64,000 nucleotides of DNA from an uncultured Ilyomonas sp. (GTDB taxonomy: Bacteria > Bacteroidota > Bacteroidia > Chitinophagales > Chitinophagaceae): the NCBI GenBank assembly GCA_964249755.1, contig CAXUDB010000002.1, positions 548,267 through 612,266 on the forward strand, written 5' to 3'. Position 1 is the stretch's first letter; each line of letters begins with the position of its first letter. Positions 37,955-47,725 of this stretch are shown here, piece by piece. Below the pieces are notes generated by a model. It saw only the letters and a program-made list of their open reading frames with translations, was not told the origin of the DNA and ran no database searches. The translations under genes and the position numbers were made by a program.

Positions 37955-39370
37955 ATGGAAATACTTCACGTAACAGCAGAATGCTACCCCGTGGCGAAGG
38001 CGGGCGGGCTGGGCGATGTTGTGGGCGCTTTGCCGAAATACCAGGCCAAAATGGGGCATTACGCCAAAGTGGTAATGCCGATGTATCGTACCAAATTTTT
38101 GTACGAAAACAACTTCACGGTAGATTTTAAGGGGCGTGCCAAAATGGGCAACTGGTATTTCGATTATACCATCATTAAAGAGAACACTGATAAGCTGGGC
38201 TTCAATTTGTTTTTGGTTGATATTAATGGTTTGCTCGACCGAGAAAACATCTATGGCTATGCCGATGATACACAACGCTTCGTAGGTTTCCAGATTGCTA
38301 TTGCCGACTGGCTAAGCCACTGGAGTCATCGCCCCGATGTGGTGCATTGCCACGATTATCACACGGGTTTATTGCCTTTTATTTTTAAATATGCCTACCA
38401 TTACAACATGCTGGCAGAGGTGCCCACGGTATTAACGATACACAACGCGCAATACCAGGGTTGGATGGGCTGGAGCCAAAGCTATCTCTTGCCGGCTTAT
38501 GATAGCTGGAAGAGTGGTTTGCTGGAGTGGAAAGGCGACATCAATCCATTAGCAAGCGCGGTGAAGTGTGCGTGGAAAGTAACAACGGTGAGCTGGAGTT
38601 ACTTAGAAGAACTACGCTGGAATTCAAATGGATTGGAAGCTTTGTTTGAATATGAGCGCAGTAAGTGTTCGGGCATTCTTAATGGTATTGATGCCGACGT
38701 GTGGAACCCTGAAACAGACCCTTTTCTTGAAAATAAATACAGTGTAGAAAATGCAGATGAAGGAAAGCAAAAGTGCAAGGAGGAATTGTGCAAACGCTTC
38801 GGTCTCGATGCAGAAAAACCGCTGGTTATTTTTATTGGAAGACTGGTGGGAGAGAAGGCAGCCGACCTGTTGCCGGATGCGGTTTTATCTTCTATGTATG
38901 CCTACAGCAACAAAGTGGCATTCCTTATCCTTGGCAGTGGTGAGCCACATGTAGAATGGCAATTGCGGCAGTTGAACACTTACTTTCCCGGCGCCTACAA
39001 TTCAATGATTGGTTACAACGAAGGACTAAGTCACCTGATGTATGCAGGTGCTGATTTCTTGCTGATGCCAAGCCGCGTAGAGCCTTGCGGACTGAACCAG
39101 ATGTACAGCATGAAATATGGCACGGTGCCGGTAGTGCGCAGCACCGGCGGACTAAAAGACACGGTGATAGACATGGGCGACCCGGGCGGCTGGGGCATCC
39201 GTTTCAATCATGCCAATCTCGAAGATATAGTGACGTCTGTTGGCAGAGCTTTTGAAGTATATGGACGCAAAGAGCAGCTGAGCGCCATGCGCTGGCGCAT
39301 GATGGAAATTGACAACAGTTGGGAGAACTCGGTTCAGCAATACATTCGTCTTTATCAAAGTTTAAAATAA
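37955..39370 (+). CDS. glgA: Glycogen synthase
   Basis: KxGGL 'KAGGLGDV', 'HCHDYH', 'TIHNAQYQG', 'EPCGLNQ'. Confidence 0.93.
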   Translation: MEILHVTAECYPVAKAGGLGDVVGALPKYQAKMGHYAKVVMPMYRTKFLYENNFTVDFKGRAKMGNWYFDYTIIKENTDKLGFNLFLVDINGLLDRENIYGYADDTQRFVGFQIAIADWLSHWSHRPDVVHCHDYHTGLLPFIFKYAYHYNMLAEVPTVLTIHNAQYQGWMGWSQSYLLPAYDSWKSGLLEWKGDINPLASAVKCAWKVTTVSWSYLEELRWNSNGLEALFEYERSKCSGILNGIDADVWNPETDPFLENKYSVENADEGKQKCKEELCKRFGLDAEKPLVIFIGRLVGEKAADLLPDAVLSSMYAYSNKVAFLILGSGEPHVEWQLRQLNTYFPGAYNSMIGYNEGLSHLMYAGADFLLMPSRVEPCGLNQMYSMKYGTVPVVRSTGGLKDTVIDMGDPGGWGIRFNHANLEDIVTSVGRAFEVYGRKEQLSAMRWRMMEIDNSWENSVQQYIRLYQSLK

Positions 39371-39380
39371 ACTACAATCT

Positions 39381-40667
39381 ATGTTTTCACTTTCTAACTC
39401 CGTGGTTGCCGTTATATTGGGTGGGGGTGCCGGTACGCGTTTGTACCCGCTTACTGCCAGCCGTTCCAAACCTGCCGTGCCCATTGCGGGCAAATACCGG
39501 TTGGTTGACATTCCTATTTCCAACTGTATCAACTCCAACATCAGCCGCATGTTTGTGCTCACGCAGTTCAACTCGGCATCGCTGAACAAGCACATCAAGA
39601 ACACGTATGTGTTCAGCAACTTCAGCAAAGGCTTTGTTGACATTATTGCTGCCGAGCAAACACCCGATAACGCTAACTGGTTTCAGGGAACAGCAGATGC
39701 TGTAAGACAATCGCTGCGGCACATTGGCAATAACGATTTTGAATATGTGTTGATCCTGAGCGGCGACCAATTGTACCAAATTGACTTTGCTGAAATGATT
39801 AACAACCATCGCGATAAAGGTGCCGATATCACCATTGCCACCATTCCTGTAAACAGCGATGATGCTACCGATTTCGGTATCATGAAGACAGACGAAGAAG
39901 ACTTTATTACTTCTTTTATAGAAAAGCCCTCTAAAGAGTTGCACAAAGACTGGGTGAGCGATACCGGCGCAGAAATGCACGCTGAGGGTAAAGACTATCT
40001 GGCATCTATGGGTATCTACATCTTTAACCGCAGCATATTGGACGGACTGCTGAAAGATGAGTTCCCCGATGCAAAGGATTTTGGTAAGGAGATCATTCCC
40101 AGCTCTATTCATAACTTCAAAGTCATCTCTTACCAGTATGAAGGTTACTGGACAGACATTGGAAACATCTATGCCTTTTTCGAAGCGAATATTGCATTGA
40201 CACAGGCAGTGCCGCAATTCAATTTATTCGATAGCAAGAACACCATTTACACTCGAGCGCGCATGTTGCCGCCGGCAAAAATCAGCGGCACGTTCTTAGA
40301 ACGCACCGTGATATCGGATGGCAGTATCATTCTTGCCAACCGCGTAGAGCAATCCCTCATTGGCGTGCGTGCCCGCATCGGCTATGGTAGTACCATTGTT
40401 TGCACCTACATTATGGGCAATGATTATTACGAGACATTAGAAACGATAGAAGCCAACCACAAGAATGGAATCCCTGAACTGGGCATTGGTGAAAGGTGTT
40501 TTATCAAAAATGCCATCATTGATAAGAACTGCCGCATCGGTAACGATGTCCGTATCAACGGCGGCGCTCATTTGGAAGACATTGACCACATCCTTTACAC
40601 CATTAAAGACGGTGTGATTGTGGTGAAGAAAGGTGCTGTGTTGCCGGATGGTTTCGTGATTTCATAA
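39381..40667 (+). CDS. glgC: Glucose-1-phosphate adenylyltransferase
   Basis: 'GGGAGTRLYPLT..RSKPAVP', 'QGTADAVR', 'LSGDQ', 'DFGKEII', 'YWTDIG'. Confidence 0.95.
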   Translation: MFSLSNSVVAVILGGGAGTRLYPLTASRSKPAVPIAGKYRLVDIPISNCINSNISRMFVLTQFNSASLNKHIKNTYVFSNFSKGFVDIIAAEQTPDNANWFQGTADAVRQSLRHIGNNDFEYVLILSGDQLYQIDFAEMINNHRDKGADITIATIPVNSDDATDFGIMKTDEEDFITSFIEKPSKELHKDWVSDTGAEMHAEGKDYLASMGIYIFNRSILDGLLKDEFPDAKDFGKEIIPSSIHNFKVISYQYEGYWTDIGNIYAFFEANIALTQAVPQFNLFDSKNTIYTRARMLPPAKISGTFLERTVISDGSIILANRVEQSLIGVRARIGYGSTIVCTYIMGNDYYETLETIEANHKNGIPELGIGERCFIKNAIIDKNCRIGNDVRINGGAHLEDIDHILYTIKDGVIVVKKGAVLPDGFVIS

Positions 40668-40685
40668 TTATCTTTTTGCAGTAAA

Positions 40686-40728
40686 ACAAAAAAGTTCCGA
40701 AGCTGTTTTAGCTTCGGAACTTTTTTGT
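40686..40728. terminator. Bidirectional terminator between glgC and gpmI
   Basis: aaaaaagttccgaagct...agcttcggaactttttt. Confidence 0.85.
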
Positions 40729-40813
40729 TTGGTGGATGAGCATTCGAACTGCGGAATCCCGGAAACTCAAAGAAGTAATAATAGATAAAGACAAAGCGTT
40801 TCACAATTACAAT

Positions 40814-42337
40814 TTACTCGCTCACCAGCACATTCCCTTTCATTTCTGCCGGTATTGGCAAGCCCATAATATGAAGAACCGTAGGTGCAATATCTCCCAA
40901 CTTTCCCGGGTGTAGCGTTCCTTTAAACTCATTACTGATTAAAAATAAGGGAACCAGATTCAAGGAGTGCTGCGTGTTCGGCGAGCCGTCCTCATTCTTC
41001 ATGTAATCGGCGTTGCCATGGTCGGCGGTAAGCAAAACAGCAAAGCCATGCTGTAAAGCTGCCGTCACCACGCGCTGCACACAGGCATCCACTGTTTCCA
41101 CAGCTTTCACCACAGCGTTCCACACGCCGGTATGCCCCACCATGTCTGCATTGGCATAGTTGAGCACTACAAAATCAACCGTCTCATTTTCAATTTCAGG
41201 GATTAATTTATCCGTTAGTTCCACTGCACTCATTTCGGGCTGCAAATCATACGTAGCCACCTTTGGCGAAGGCGCCATCAGGCGGGTTTCGCCTTCAAAC
41301 GGCACTTCCCTTCCGCCACTGAAAAAGAAAGAGACATGGGGATACTTCTCTGTTTCTGCAATGCGGATTTGTTTCTTGTTGTTGCGCATCAATACTTCGC
41401 CTAAAGTATTGCTGAGATTGTCATTTTCAAAGGCCACATGCACATTCTTAAAGGTCTTGTCATACTCCGTCATGGTAGTATAATGAAGATCGAGTTTGTG
41501 CATGTTCAGTTCGTGCATGTCCTGCTGCGTAAGCACCTGTGTGATCTCGCGGCAGCGGTCGGTGCGGAAGTTAAAGCAGATCGCAACGTCACCGTCCTGT
41601 ATCGAGGCAATGGGTTTGTTGTTATCCTGAATTACTGTAGGTAAAATAAATTCATCCGTTACACCTTTCTCATACGATTGCCGGATGGCAATTGCGGCAT
41701 CGGGTGCGATTTCGCCTTGCCCGTTCACCATTGCATCATATGCCAGCTTAATCCGGTCCCAGCGCTTGTCCCGGTCCATAGCATAATAGCGACCACTTAC
41801 GGTAGCAATTTTTCCTACGGTTTGGTCTAAATGTTTTTGCAGATCAGACACAAAGCCGAGCCCGCTTTTCGGGTCGGTATCACGTCCATCGGTAAATGCA
41901 TGAACATATACATCTTCCAAACCTTCGGTAGCGCACAAGGAAACTATCGCTTTCACATGTGAGGTATGCGAATGCACGCCGCCATCACTCACCAACCCCA
42001 GCAAATGCAAGGCCTTGTTGCTGTTTTTTGCTGTACGAATGGATGCAAGTAAAGCTTCGTTGGTATAAAATTCTCCGTCGCGGATGGCTACATTTATCCG
42101 TTGTAATTCTTGGTACACAATACGACCGGCACCAAGATTCAGATGACCAACCTCACTATTGCCCATTTGTCCTTCGGGCAAGCCAACATCTTCACCACAG
42201 GTTACCAAAGTAGTATTCGCATACCGGTTGTAAAGCGAGGAAACAAAAGGCACATTTGCATTCTGTATTGCATCGGAAGAAGGCACTTTACCCAGCCCCC
42301 ATCCATCCATAATAATGAGTATAACTTTCTTTTCCAT
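40814..42337 (-). CDS. gpmI: 2,3-BPG-independent phosphoglycerate mutase
   Basis: 'MDGWG', 'MGNSEVGH', 'DGRD', 'ETEKYPHV', 'DMVGH', 'TADHGN'. Confidence 0.96.
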   Translation of the reverse strand: MEKKVILIIMDGWGLGKVPSSDAIQNANVPFVSSLYNRYANTTLVTCGEDVGLPEGQMGNSEVGHLNLGAGRIVYQELQRINVAIRDGEFYTNEALLASIRTAKNSNKALHLLGLVSDGGVHSHTSHVKAIVSLCATEGLEDVYVHAFTDGRDTDPKSGLGFVSDLQKHLDQTVGKIATVSGRYYAMDRDKRWDRIKLAYDAMVNGQGEIAPDAAIAIRQSYEKGVTDEFILPTVIQDNNKPIASIQDGDVAICFNFRTDRCREITQVLTQQDMHELNMHKLDLHYTTMTEYDKTFKNVHVAFENDNLSNTLGEVLMRNNKKQIRIAETEKYPHVSFFFSGGREVPFEGETRLMAPSPKVATYDLQPEMSAVELTDKLIPEIENETVDFVVLNYANADMVGHTGVWNAVVKAVETVDACVQRVVTAALQHGFAVLLTADHGNADYMKNEDGSPNTQHSLNLVPLFLISNEFKGTLHPGKLGDIAPTVLHIMGLPIPAEMKGNVLVSE

Positions 42338-42433
42338 TTGTTAAATTCAAAAGTATTTTCGAATGCAAAATAACGATTGTTACTTCTTCGCATCTAATCA
42401 ACGTGTAGTTATCGTAACTTTATAGAATAACAA

Positions 42434-42832
42434 TTGAAAGTAAATAATATGAAACGGATTTTATACTTACTAGTGATAAGTGCGTTGTTGTTTTCCTTTA
42501 CCACTTTACAGGCTGGCAAAGACGAAATGGTAAATGCTTTAAAAGCCGGAAATGCCGGCGAGTTTGTAAAATATTTCGACAATAACATTGATGTAAAACT
42601 GCCCAACAGCGACGAAATGAAAAGCGTTCCCAAAGCGCAGGCAGCTTCTACAGTAAAGAGCTTTTTTACCGATAATTCTATCTCGTCCTGCACCATCACT
42701 TCGCAGCGCGAGAATGGCGGCACCATGTATATTACAGGTAAATTGAACGGCTCTAAAAACTACAATGTAACAGCAATGATTAAAGGAAGCGGAGATAAGT
42801 TTGCCATCATTACGTTGCGTATTAATAACTGA
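42434..42832 (+). CDS. DUF4783-like exported protein
   Basis: Signal peptide; 'ALKAGNA..FVKYFD', 'KAQA...KSFF'. Confidence 0.7.
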   Translation: MKVNNMKRILYLLVISALLFSFTTLQAGKDEMVNALKAGNAGEFVKYFDNNIDVKLPNSDEMKSVPKAQAASTVKSFFTDNSISSCTITSQRENGGTMYITGKLNGSKNYNVTAMIKGSGDKFAIITLRINN

Positions 42833-42845
42833 TTTTTCTCATAAC

Positions 42846-42884
42846 AAAAAGCGACGAACATTTCATCTTGTTCGCCGCTTTTTT
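42846..42884. terminator. Bidirectional terminator
   Basis: aaaaagcgacgaaca...tgttcgccgctttttt between convergent genes. Confidence 0.75.
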
Positions 42885-42890
42885 ATGCGC

Positions 42891-43874
42891 TTAGCTTGCC
42901 TGCACTTCATCCCAGAAGCCCATTTGGTCAAACTTTTCAATGCGTTTAGTCACCCTTTCCTCAGGGTTGATATCCCTGATCTCACTCAAAGCATTTATTA
43001 TCGATTTCTTTAGCAACTGGGCAGCTTCAGTATAGTCCCAATGGGCGCCGCCAATTGGTTCCGGCACAATCTCATCCACCAGCCCAAAGCCTTTCATGTC
43101 TTTAGAAGTAAGATGCAGTTGTTCGGCCGCCACTTCTTTTTTATCCCAGCTTCGCCAAAGGATAGAGCTGCAGTTTTCGGGTGAGATAACGGTATACCAG
43201 GTGTTTTCCATCATTAGCACTTTATCGCCCACACCAATGCCCAGCGCGCCACCACTGGCACCTTCGCCAATGATAATACAGATCACCGGCACTTTCAGCC
43301 TGATCATCTCATAAATATTACGGGCAATCGCTTCCCCCTGTCCGCGTTCTTCGGCTTCCGCGCCGGGAAAAGCGCCGGGCGTATCAATCATCGTTATCAC
43401 CGGCTTGTTGAACTTTTCTGCCAGTTTCATCAGTCGCAAAGCCTTGCGGTAGCCCTCCGGGTTTGCCATCCCGAAGTTGCGCATCTGTCGCAGCTTGGTA
43501 TTAGCGCCTTTCTGGTGACCAATCACCATTACTGTTTCTCCATCCAAATCTGCAAAACCACCCACCATCGCTTTGTCATCCTTCACGTTTCTGTCGCCGT
43601 GCAGTTCAATAAAGTTCGTCATCATTTTTTCCACGTATTTCAGTGTATAAGGACGGTCGGGATGACGGCTTAATTGAACACGTTGCCATGGCGTAAGATG
43701 TTGGGTTATTTCGGTGCGCTTTTCAATAATAGAATGCTCCAGTTGCTGCAAGGTGGCATCGTAGTTAATCTTCGGATTTTTTGCTGCCAGTTTTTTCGTC
43801 TGATCAATCTGCTCGTATAAATCTTTAATCGGCTGTTCAAAATCAAGAAACTGTCTGTTCGGATATTGCGGCAT
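42891..43874 (-). CDS. accA: Acetyl-CoA carboxylase carboxyltransferase alpha
   Basis: 'FLDFEQPI', 'RHPDRPY', '[13 protein letters not shown]', 'IDTPGA', 'EGASGGA'. Confidence 0.96.
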   Translation of the reverse strand: MPQYPNRQFLDFEQPIKDLYEQIDQTKKLAAKNPKINYDATLQQLEHSIIEKRTEITQHLTPWQRVQLSRHPDRPYTLKYVEKMMTNFIELHGDRNVKDDKAMVGGFADLDGETVMVIGHQKGANTKLRQMRNFGMANPEGYRKALRLMKLAEKFNKPVITMIDTPGAFPGAEAEERGQGEAIARNIYEMIRLKVPVICIIIGEGASGGALGIGVGDKVLMMENTWYTVISPENCSSILWRSWDKKEVAAEQLHLTSKDMKGFGLVDEIVPEPIGGAHWDYTEAAQLLKKSIINALSEIRDINPEERVTKRIEKFDQMGFWDEVQAS

Positions 43875-43917
43875 ATTCTGTTTAGATAAAAGAAGGTAAA
43901 AATAAAGGTAGAAAAGA

Positions 43918-43950
43918 TTTGGCGACGAAAAATGTTTGCTCTTATATTTG
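43918..43950 (+). promoter_or_regulatory. Bacteroidota -33/-7 promoter for tRNA-Asp
   Basis: TTTG at 43918-43921 and TATATTTG at 43943-43950, 21 nt apart. Confidence 0.6.
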
Positions 43951-44028
43951 CACCCCCGAAAGGGTAGAAGAGGTCAGGGGTTTCAGTCCTTTTCAATTCG
44001 CAAAAAGAAAGTTCTTACTTGATAATAT

Positions 44029-44102
44029 GGATTGGTAGTTCAGTTGGTTAGAATGCTGCCCTGTCACGGCAGAGGTCGCGGGTTCGAGTCCCGTCCAGTC
44101 CG
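44029..44102 (+). tRNA. tRNA-Asp (GTC)
   Basis: Acceptor ggattgg/ccagtcc, anticodon arm ctgcc-ctGTCac-ggcag, T-loop gttcgag. Confidence 0.96.
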
Positions 44103-44103
44103 C

Positions 44104-44133
44104 AAAAGCTCCTTACATAAAGGAGCTTTTTTT
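44104..44133 (+). terminator. Terminator after tRNA-Asp
   Basis: aaaagctcctt...aaggagctttttt. Confidence 0.85.
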
Positions 44134-44327
44134 ATGTATGCCCTTCTATATTTATATTCTTCAAAGTAATATAGGTCATTCTTATTACAATGGCTTTTCG
44201 GGCAGCCTTTTCAGAGATTAGAACAATATATAAGGGTAAAGATGCATATATTTGATAAAAGCTACCTTGGCTATTAATGTGTTTATTAAGTTTTGAACAG
44301 GAAGACGTCTCTCGCCTCCGGGGCAGA

Positions 44328-44662
44328 TCGTTGTAACAGGTAAGCTCTGCTTCGCAGAGGGCATTTGCCGTGTCGAAACCTCCGGCAATAACATCACTGC
44401 TCCCGTAAAGAGCATCGAAAGGCATAAACATCTTATCGCAAGCCCCGGCTTCCGCATCGTACTTACGTAAAGAGCATCGTAACTTCCATAAAGAGCATCG
44501 AAAAGGTCACAACCGGCATTGCAGTGTCCGTTCGCGGCATCGAAACCGCCGCGCGTCGCATCGCAGTCGGTAGCTAATTCATCGAAACCGTCGTAAAGCA
44601 TATCGAAAAGTCTGTAAACAGCAATGGCGTTTCCGGCATTCACTTCGCCGTCCGCGACAGCG
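44328..44662. repeat. 21-bp periodic tandem array (about 15 degenerate units, core gcatcg)
   Basis: gcatcg-like cores at 44349, 44370, 44391, 44412, 44433, 44454, 44474, 44495, 44516, 44537, 44558, 44579 and 44600; one 20-bp unit. Confidence 0.85.
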
Positions 44663-44910
44663 AAACCGAAAAGCCCCTCGAAACCGCCACCATTTCTATT
44701 GTTGGCTTCAAAGAGCCATTCTCTGTCAACAAAAAGGGTGTGTTTGATATCAAGGTGCCCAAAGCCACCTACAACTTCACCGTCACGGTTCTTGGCTATG
44801 ATACGTATCAGGGTACCGTTGTCCTCGATGCCAACTTTATGCGCCGTGCTGAAGTCTTCGCCAAAAAAGCCACCCCGCCGCCTCCTAAAGCAATAAAAGC
44901 CGCAAAATAA
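44578..44910 (+). pseudogene. Start-less gene end encoding a carboxypeptidase-regulatory-like (Cna-B/prealbumin-like) domain
   Basis: Hand translation '..GIHFAVRDSETEKPLETATISIVGFKEPFSVNKKGVFDIKVPKATYNFTVTVLGYDTYQGTV..KAAK*'; C-ending codon bias; strong terminator follows; in-frame TAA at 44575. Confidence 0.65.
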
Positions 44911-44911
44911 A

Positions 44912-44949
44912 AAAGAGAGCCGAGCCTATTTACAGGCTCGGCTCTCTTT
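44912..44949. terminator. Strong (bidirectional) terminator
   Basis: aaagagagccgagcct...aggctcggctctcttt 16-bp stem. Confidence 0.88.
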
Positions 44950-45012
44950 GATTTATAGAGAAGCCTCTCATCAAAATAAAATCACATCGCATGTATCTAC
45001 TCACCCCTCACC

Positions 45013-46431
45013 TCATAGCGTTCCTAAATACCTGACAGCCGTAACCGAAGGAAAGAAGAAATAAGCACCGCCTTTGGTATAAACAAACTTTTTTAAACCC
45101 GTGATGCATTGGCTCACAGGTTCATTTTGTATCGTAAAATTCTGCTCTTGGTTGTGGTCGGGTATTTCCCTCACACCCACAATCGGGTCGGGATCATTAT
45201 ACAGTTCTTTAACTCTTGGATAATTCGCCCAGGTATATTGCACAAATTCATATTGCCTCGAAATATCCGCGTTGAAACAGCCAAACAGCAAACCTACTTC
45301 TGCTTCCGGCGTATGGTGCAGCGGCGAACCTTCGTAGGGTTCGCCATAAAATCGTCCCCTGCGCATAATACGATGGCGGCGGGATAATTGCAGCGATTCC
45401 TTCACGGTATTATCTTCAAACGTATCACGCGGGTTACACCGGCGCAGGTGCGAGCCAAAGGGGCAATTCAAGCCGTCTTTATCTATTGCATGGTAATTAA
45501 AGTCGTTGTCATTGCTTTCTTCCACAGAATGTGGATCGGCAATGGGAAATTTGGCTACCGGCGCGCCGCTGGGCCAACGCCCCATCATCTTCGAAGCCAG
45601 CCAGATGCTTTGATCTACGTTGATACTATCATCTTCATTCTTTGTTTTTTCATTCATAAAATTCCAGAACGTATCTACATCCTGAGCCAGTTGCCGCAAC
45701 ACGAAATAAGACCCGTTTTTGCCAATATCCTTTCTGCCCGAGCCGGACGCATCTGCGGGCAACAGGTTGACATTCCCCTGCTCTTCGGCTAATAAAGGCG
45801 TATCTGGCAGCACGCCATATTCATTGGCATAGCCCAAAATAAACTCTCCCGCGCTTACATAATCTGTTGCCGGACCGGTCTTTCCGCTGCCCGTAATAAT
45901 AGGTTGCGAGATGCCATCCCGAAACCCAAAATGCTCTTTATTGTAGGGAAGCGTCTGTCCGTCAAGATTGATAATTTCGGTTACACCAGACGCCTCAAAT
46001 TGCTGTTTCAAACTATCGTAAAAATGGAGAGCGGTGGTTTGATCTTTTCCAAACACCATGAGCAGGATATGAACTGGTGAATTGTTCGGTCCGCCCCAGC
46101 GCCAGTTAGCGGGTGTGCTACTGTCATAATCGCCCAGCAGCCTCTGGCGGTGTGGCGTGGTCATGCCTTCCCTAAATTCCCGTAAGAAAAACTGTACGTT
46201 GCTGTTGCTCATGCCCAGCGCCCGAAGCCCTGGCGCCGTAAAAGCAATATTCAGGCAGGTTTCGGTGGGATGATGAACAGCATGGGTAAGGTTGTCGCTT
46301 ACTGAACTGATAAACGATTTGGCGCCCGCCGGCTCTATCACCTGCAGCAGCACATAGCGTGAATACATCATGTGCTTATAGCCCCGGATGACATATCCCT
46401 GAATGTCTTCGAATTCTAACGTTTCGGTCAT
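45013..46431 (-). CDS. DyP-type heme peroxidase
   Basis: 'EHFGFRDGISQP' (GxxDG), 'PFGSHLRRCNPR', 'RRGRFYG', 'RQYEFVQ'. Confidence 0.92.
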   Translation of the reverse strand: MTETLEFEDIQGYVIRGYKHMMYSRYVLLQVIEPAGAKSFISSVSDNLTHAVHHPTETCLNIAFTAPGLRALGMSNSNVQFFLREFREGMTTPHRQRLLGDYDSSTPANWRWGGPNNSPVHILLMVFGKDQTTALHFYDSLKQQFEASGVTEIINLDGQTLPYNKEHFGFRDGISQPIITGSGKTGPATDYVSAGEFILGYANEYGVLPDTPLLAEEQGNVNLLPADASGSGRKDIGKNGSYFVLRQLAQDVDTFWNFMNEKTKNEDDSINVDQSIWLASKMMGRWPSGAPVAKFPIADPHSVEESNDNDFNYHAIDKDGLNCPFGSHLRRCNPRDTFEDNTVKESLQLSRRHRIMRRGRFYGEPYEGSPLHHTPEAEVGLLFGCFNADISRQYEFVQYTWANYPRVKELYNDPDPIVGVREIPDHNQEQNFTIQNEPVSQCITGLKKFVYTKGGAYFFFPSVTAVRYLGTL

Positions 46432-46433
46432 AA

Positions 46434-47702
46434 TCAGAATCGTTTTAAGAATTGAGCTGCTTCCTTTTCAGTTAAATTTTTCGACAGCTCATTCCGGATA
46501 AAAGTATTGTTGATAATGTTCTTAATGGACAGGTGTGGGTAAGCCGAATACCATACCTGTGTCGGGATTTCGTATCGCCGGCTCCAGGCTAAAAAATGCT
46601 CTTCGTCATAAGCGCCGCCGGTAAATAAAAAGTGCGTCTTTGGAAAGTTGACCGTATTGCTCCAGATGCCTGTTAAGCCCCAGCCCGACTTGTCTATAAA
46701 ATCACCCAAATACTGTTGCCAGCTGCCATCGAAATTGCTGAAGAAAAGCATGTGTTTTCCATCATCCAGCATTGTCCATCGCGCAAAGTGTATGGTGGGT
46801 ATGCCCATGAGTTTGCCCTGCACAAACAAGAACTTAATCAGCCCTTTGGCAAACAATAAAAAAGCTTGTACGGTAAGGAGTCTTACCCTGCCTGGCTTCA
46901 TCACCAGTAGCTGTGTAAACTGGTTTTGGTATTCCAAGTCTTCATATTCTTCCAGGCTTCTCATGTGCTCTTCCTTCACCTGGCTTGGCATCAGGGGTTC
47001 TGGGTTGTCATTCACTTCGTAAAAAAAATGAACGATGAGTACCCAAAGGATAATCACCGGAGAAAGTACGAGCAAAATCACACCCAGCAATACCATGCCC
47101 GGCCAGCTCACGCCGGGTATGATATTGTGTTGTTTTGCCCAGGCAAAATCATGGTTTGAAAAGATATATTGCTGAACAGCTTTATGAATATCAGATGCGC
47201 TTTTATTCTTCCAGTTGCCGGTGCTTAAAAAGCTGCGGATGGCATTTCTCAATTCGCTTTCCTGCCTAATATCGGTGAGACTTCTCCCCGGCGCACCTAC
47301 GTAAAAAGCCGAAGGCTTGGCACGCCACCGTTTAAGGTAGGCTTTGCGGCTTTCTGTAGTGCGCTCACCGGGCCGCGGGTAATCTATACAGTGCTCATAC
47401 AACTGGTCTGTAAAAGTGCCGAGAAAACGGATGTCTGAAAGCGCATTGTAATGTTCTTCTCTCGGTCCATCAAACACAGAAGCAAAGATGAGCCGCGAAG
47501 AAAGAATATTCTCAAAGCTCTGGTCGGTTTCTTTTTTATCGCTGAAAATCCAACGGGCAAAATGAATGTTGTTAAGATTTTCAAACGGCTCTTTCTTATC
47601 CTTTTCAAGGTCTGACTTTAATTGCAGCAACAAGCGAGACAAAGTATCTTCATCTCCCTCTTTTACCGGCGTTACCAATGTCAATTCGTTTTGAACACTC
47701 AT
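46434..47702 (-). CDS. DyP-associated membrane protein with a duplicated 'HFARW' domain
   Basis: 'IHFARW..LIFASVFDG' and 'IHFARW..MLFFSNFDG' flank one TM segment. Confidence 0.8.
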   Translation of the reverse strand: MSVQNELTLVTPVKEGDEDTLSRLLLQLKSDLEKDKKEPFENLNNIHFARWIFSDKKETDQSFENILSSRLIFASVFDGPREEHYNALSDIRFLGTFTDQLYEHCIDYPRPGERTTESRKAYLKRWRAKPSAFYVGAPGRSLTDIRQESELRNAIRSFLSTGNWKNKSASDIHKAVQQYIFSNHDFAWAKQHNIIPGVSWPGMVLLGVILLVLSPVIILWVLIVHFFYEVNDNPEPLMPSQVKEEHMRSLEEYEDLEYQNQFTQLLVMKPGRVRLLTVQAFLLFAKGLIKFLFVQGKLMGIPTIHFARWTMLDDGKHMLFFSNFDGSWQQYLGDFIDKSGWGLTGIWSNTVNFPKTHFLFTGGAYDEEHFLAWSRRYEIPTQVWYSAYPHLSIKNIINNTFIRNELSKNLTEKEAAQFLKRF

Positions 47703-47725
47703 TCTGAAAAATTGATAGGTAAAAC

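Noticed and set aside
39387-40217. Long antisense ORFs (also 12934-13329, 35029-35415, 55632-56105)
   Set aside because: Shadows of well-supported genes on the opposite strand, with no motifs.
44328-44662. Diversity-generating retroelement template/variable repeat
   Set aside because: No reverse transcriptase in the window and no pair of ~100-bp repeats differing only at adenines.
44624-44896. Track ORF 'MAFPAF...' as the real gene
   Set aside because: Low-complexity Ser/Pro translation; the overlapping frame starting at 44578 has the domain signature and codon bias.
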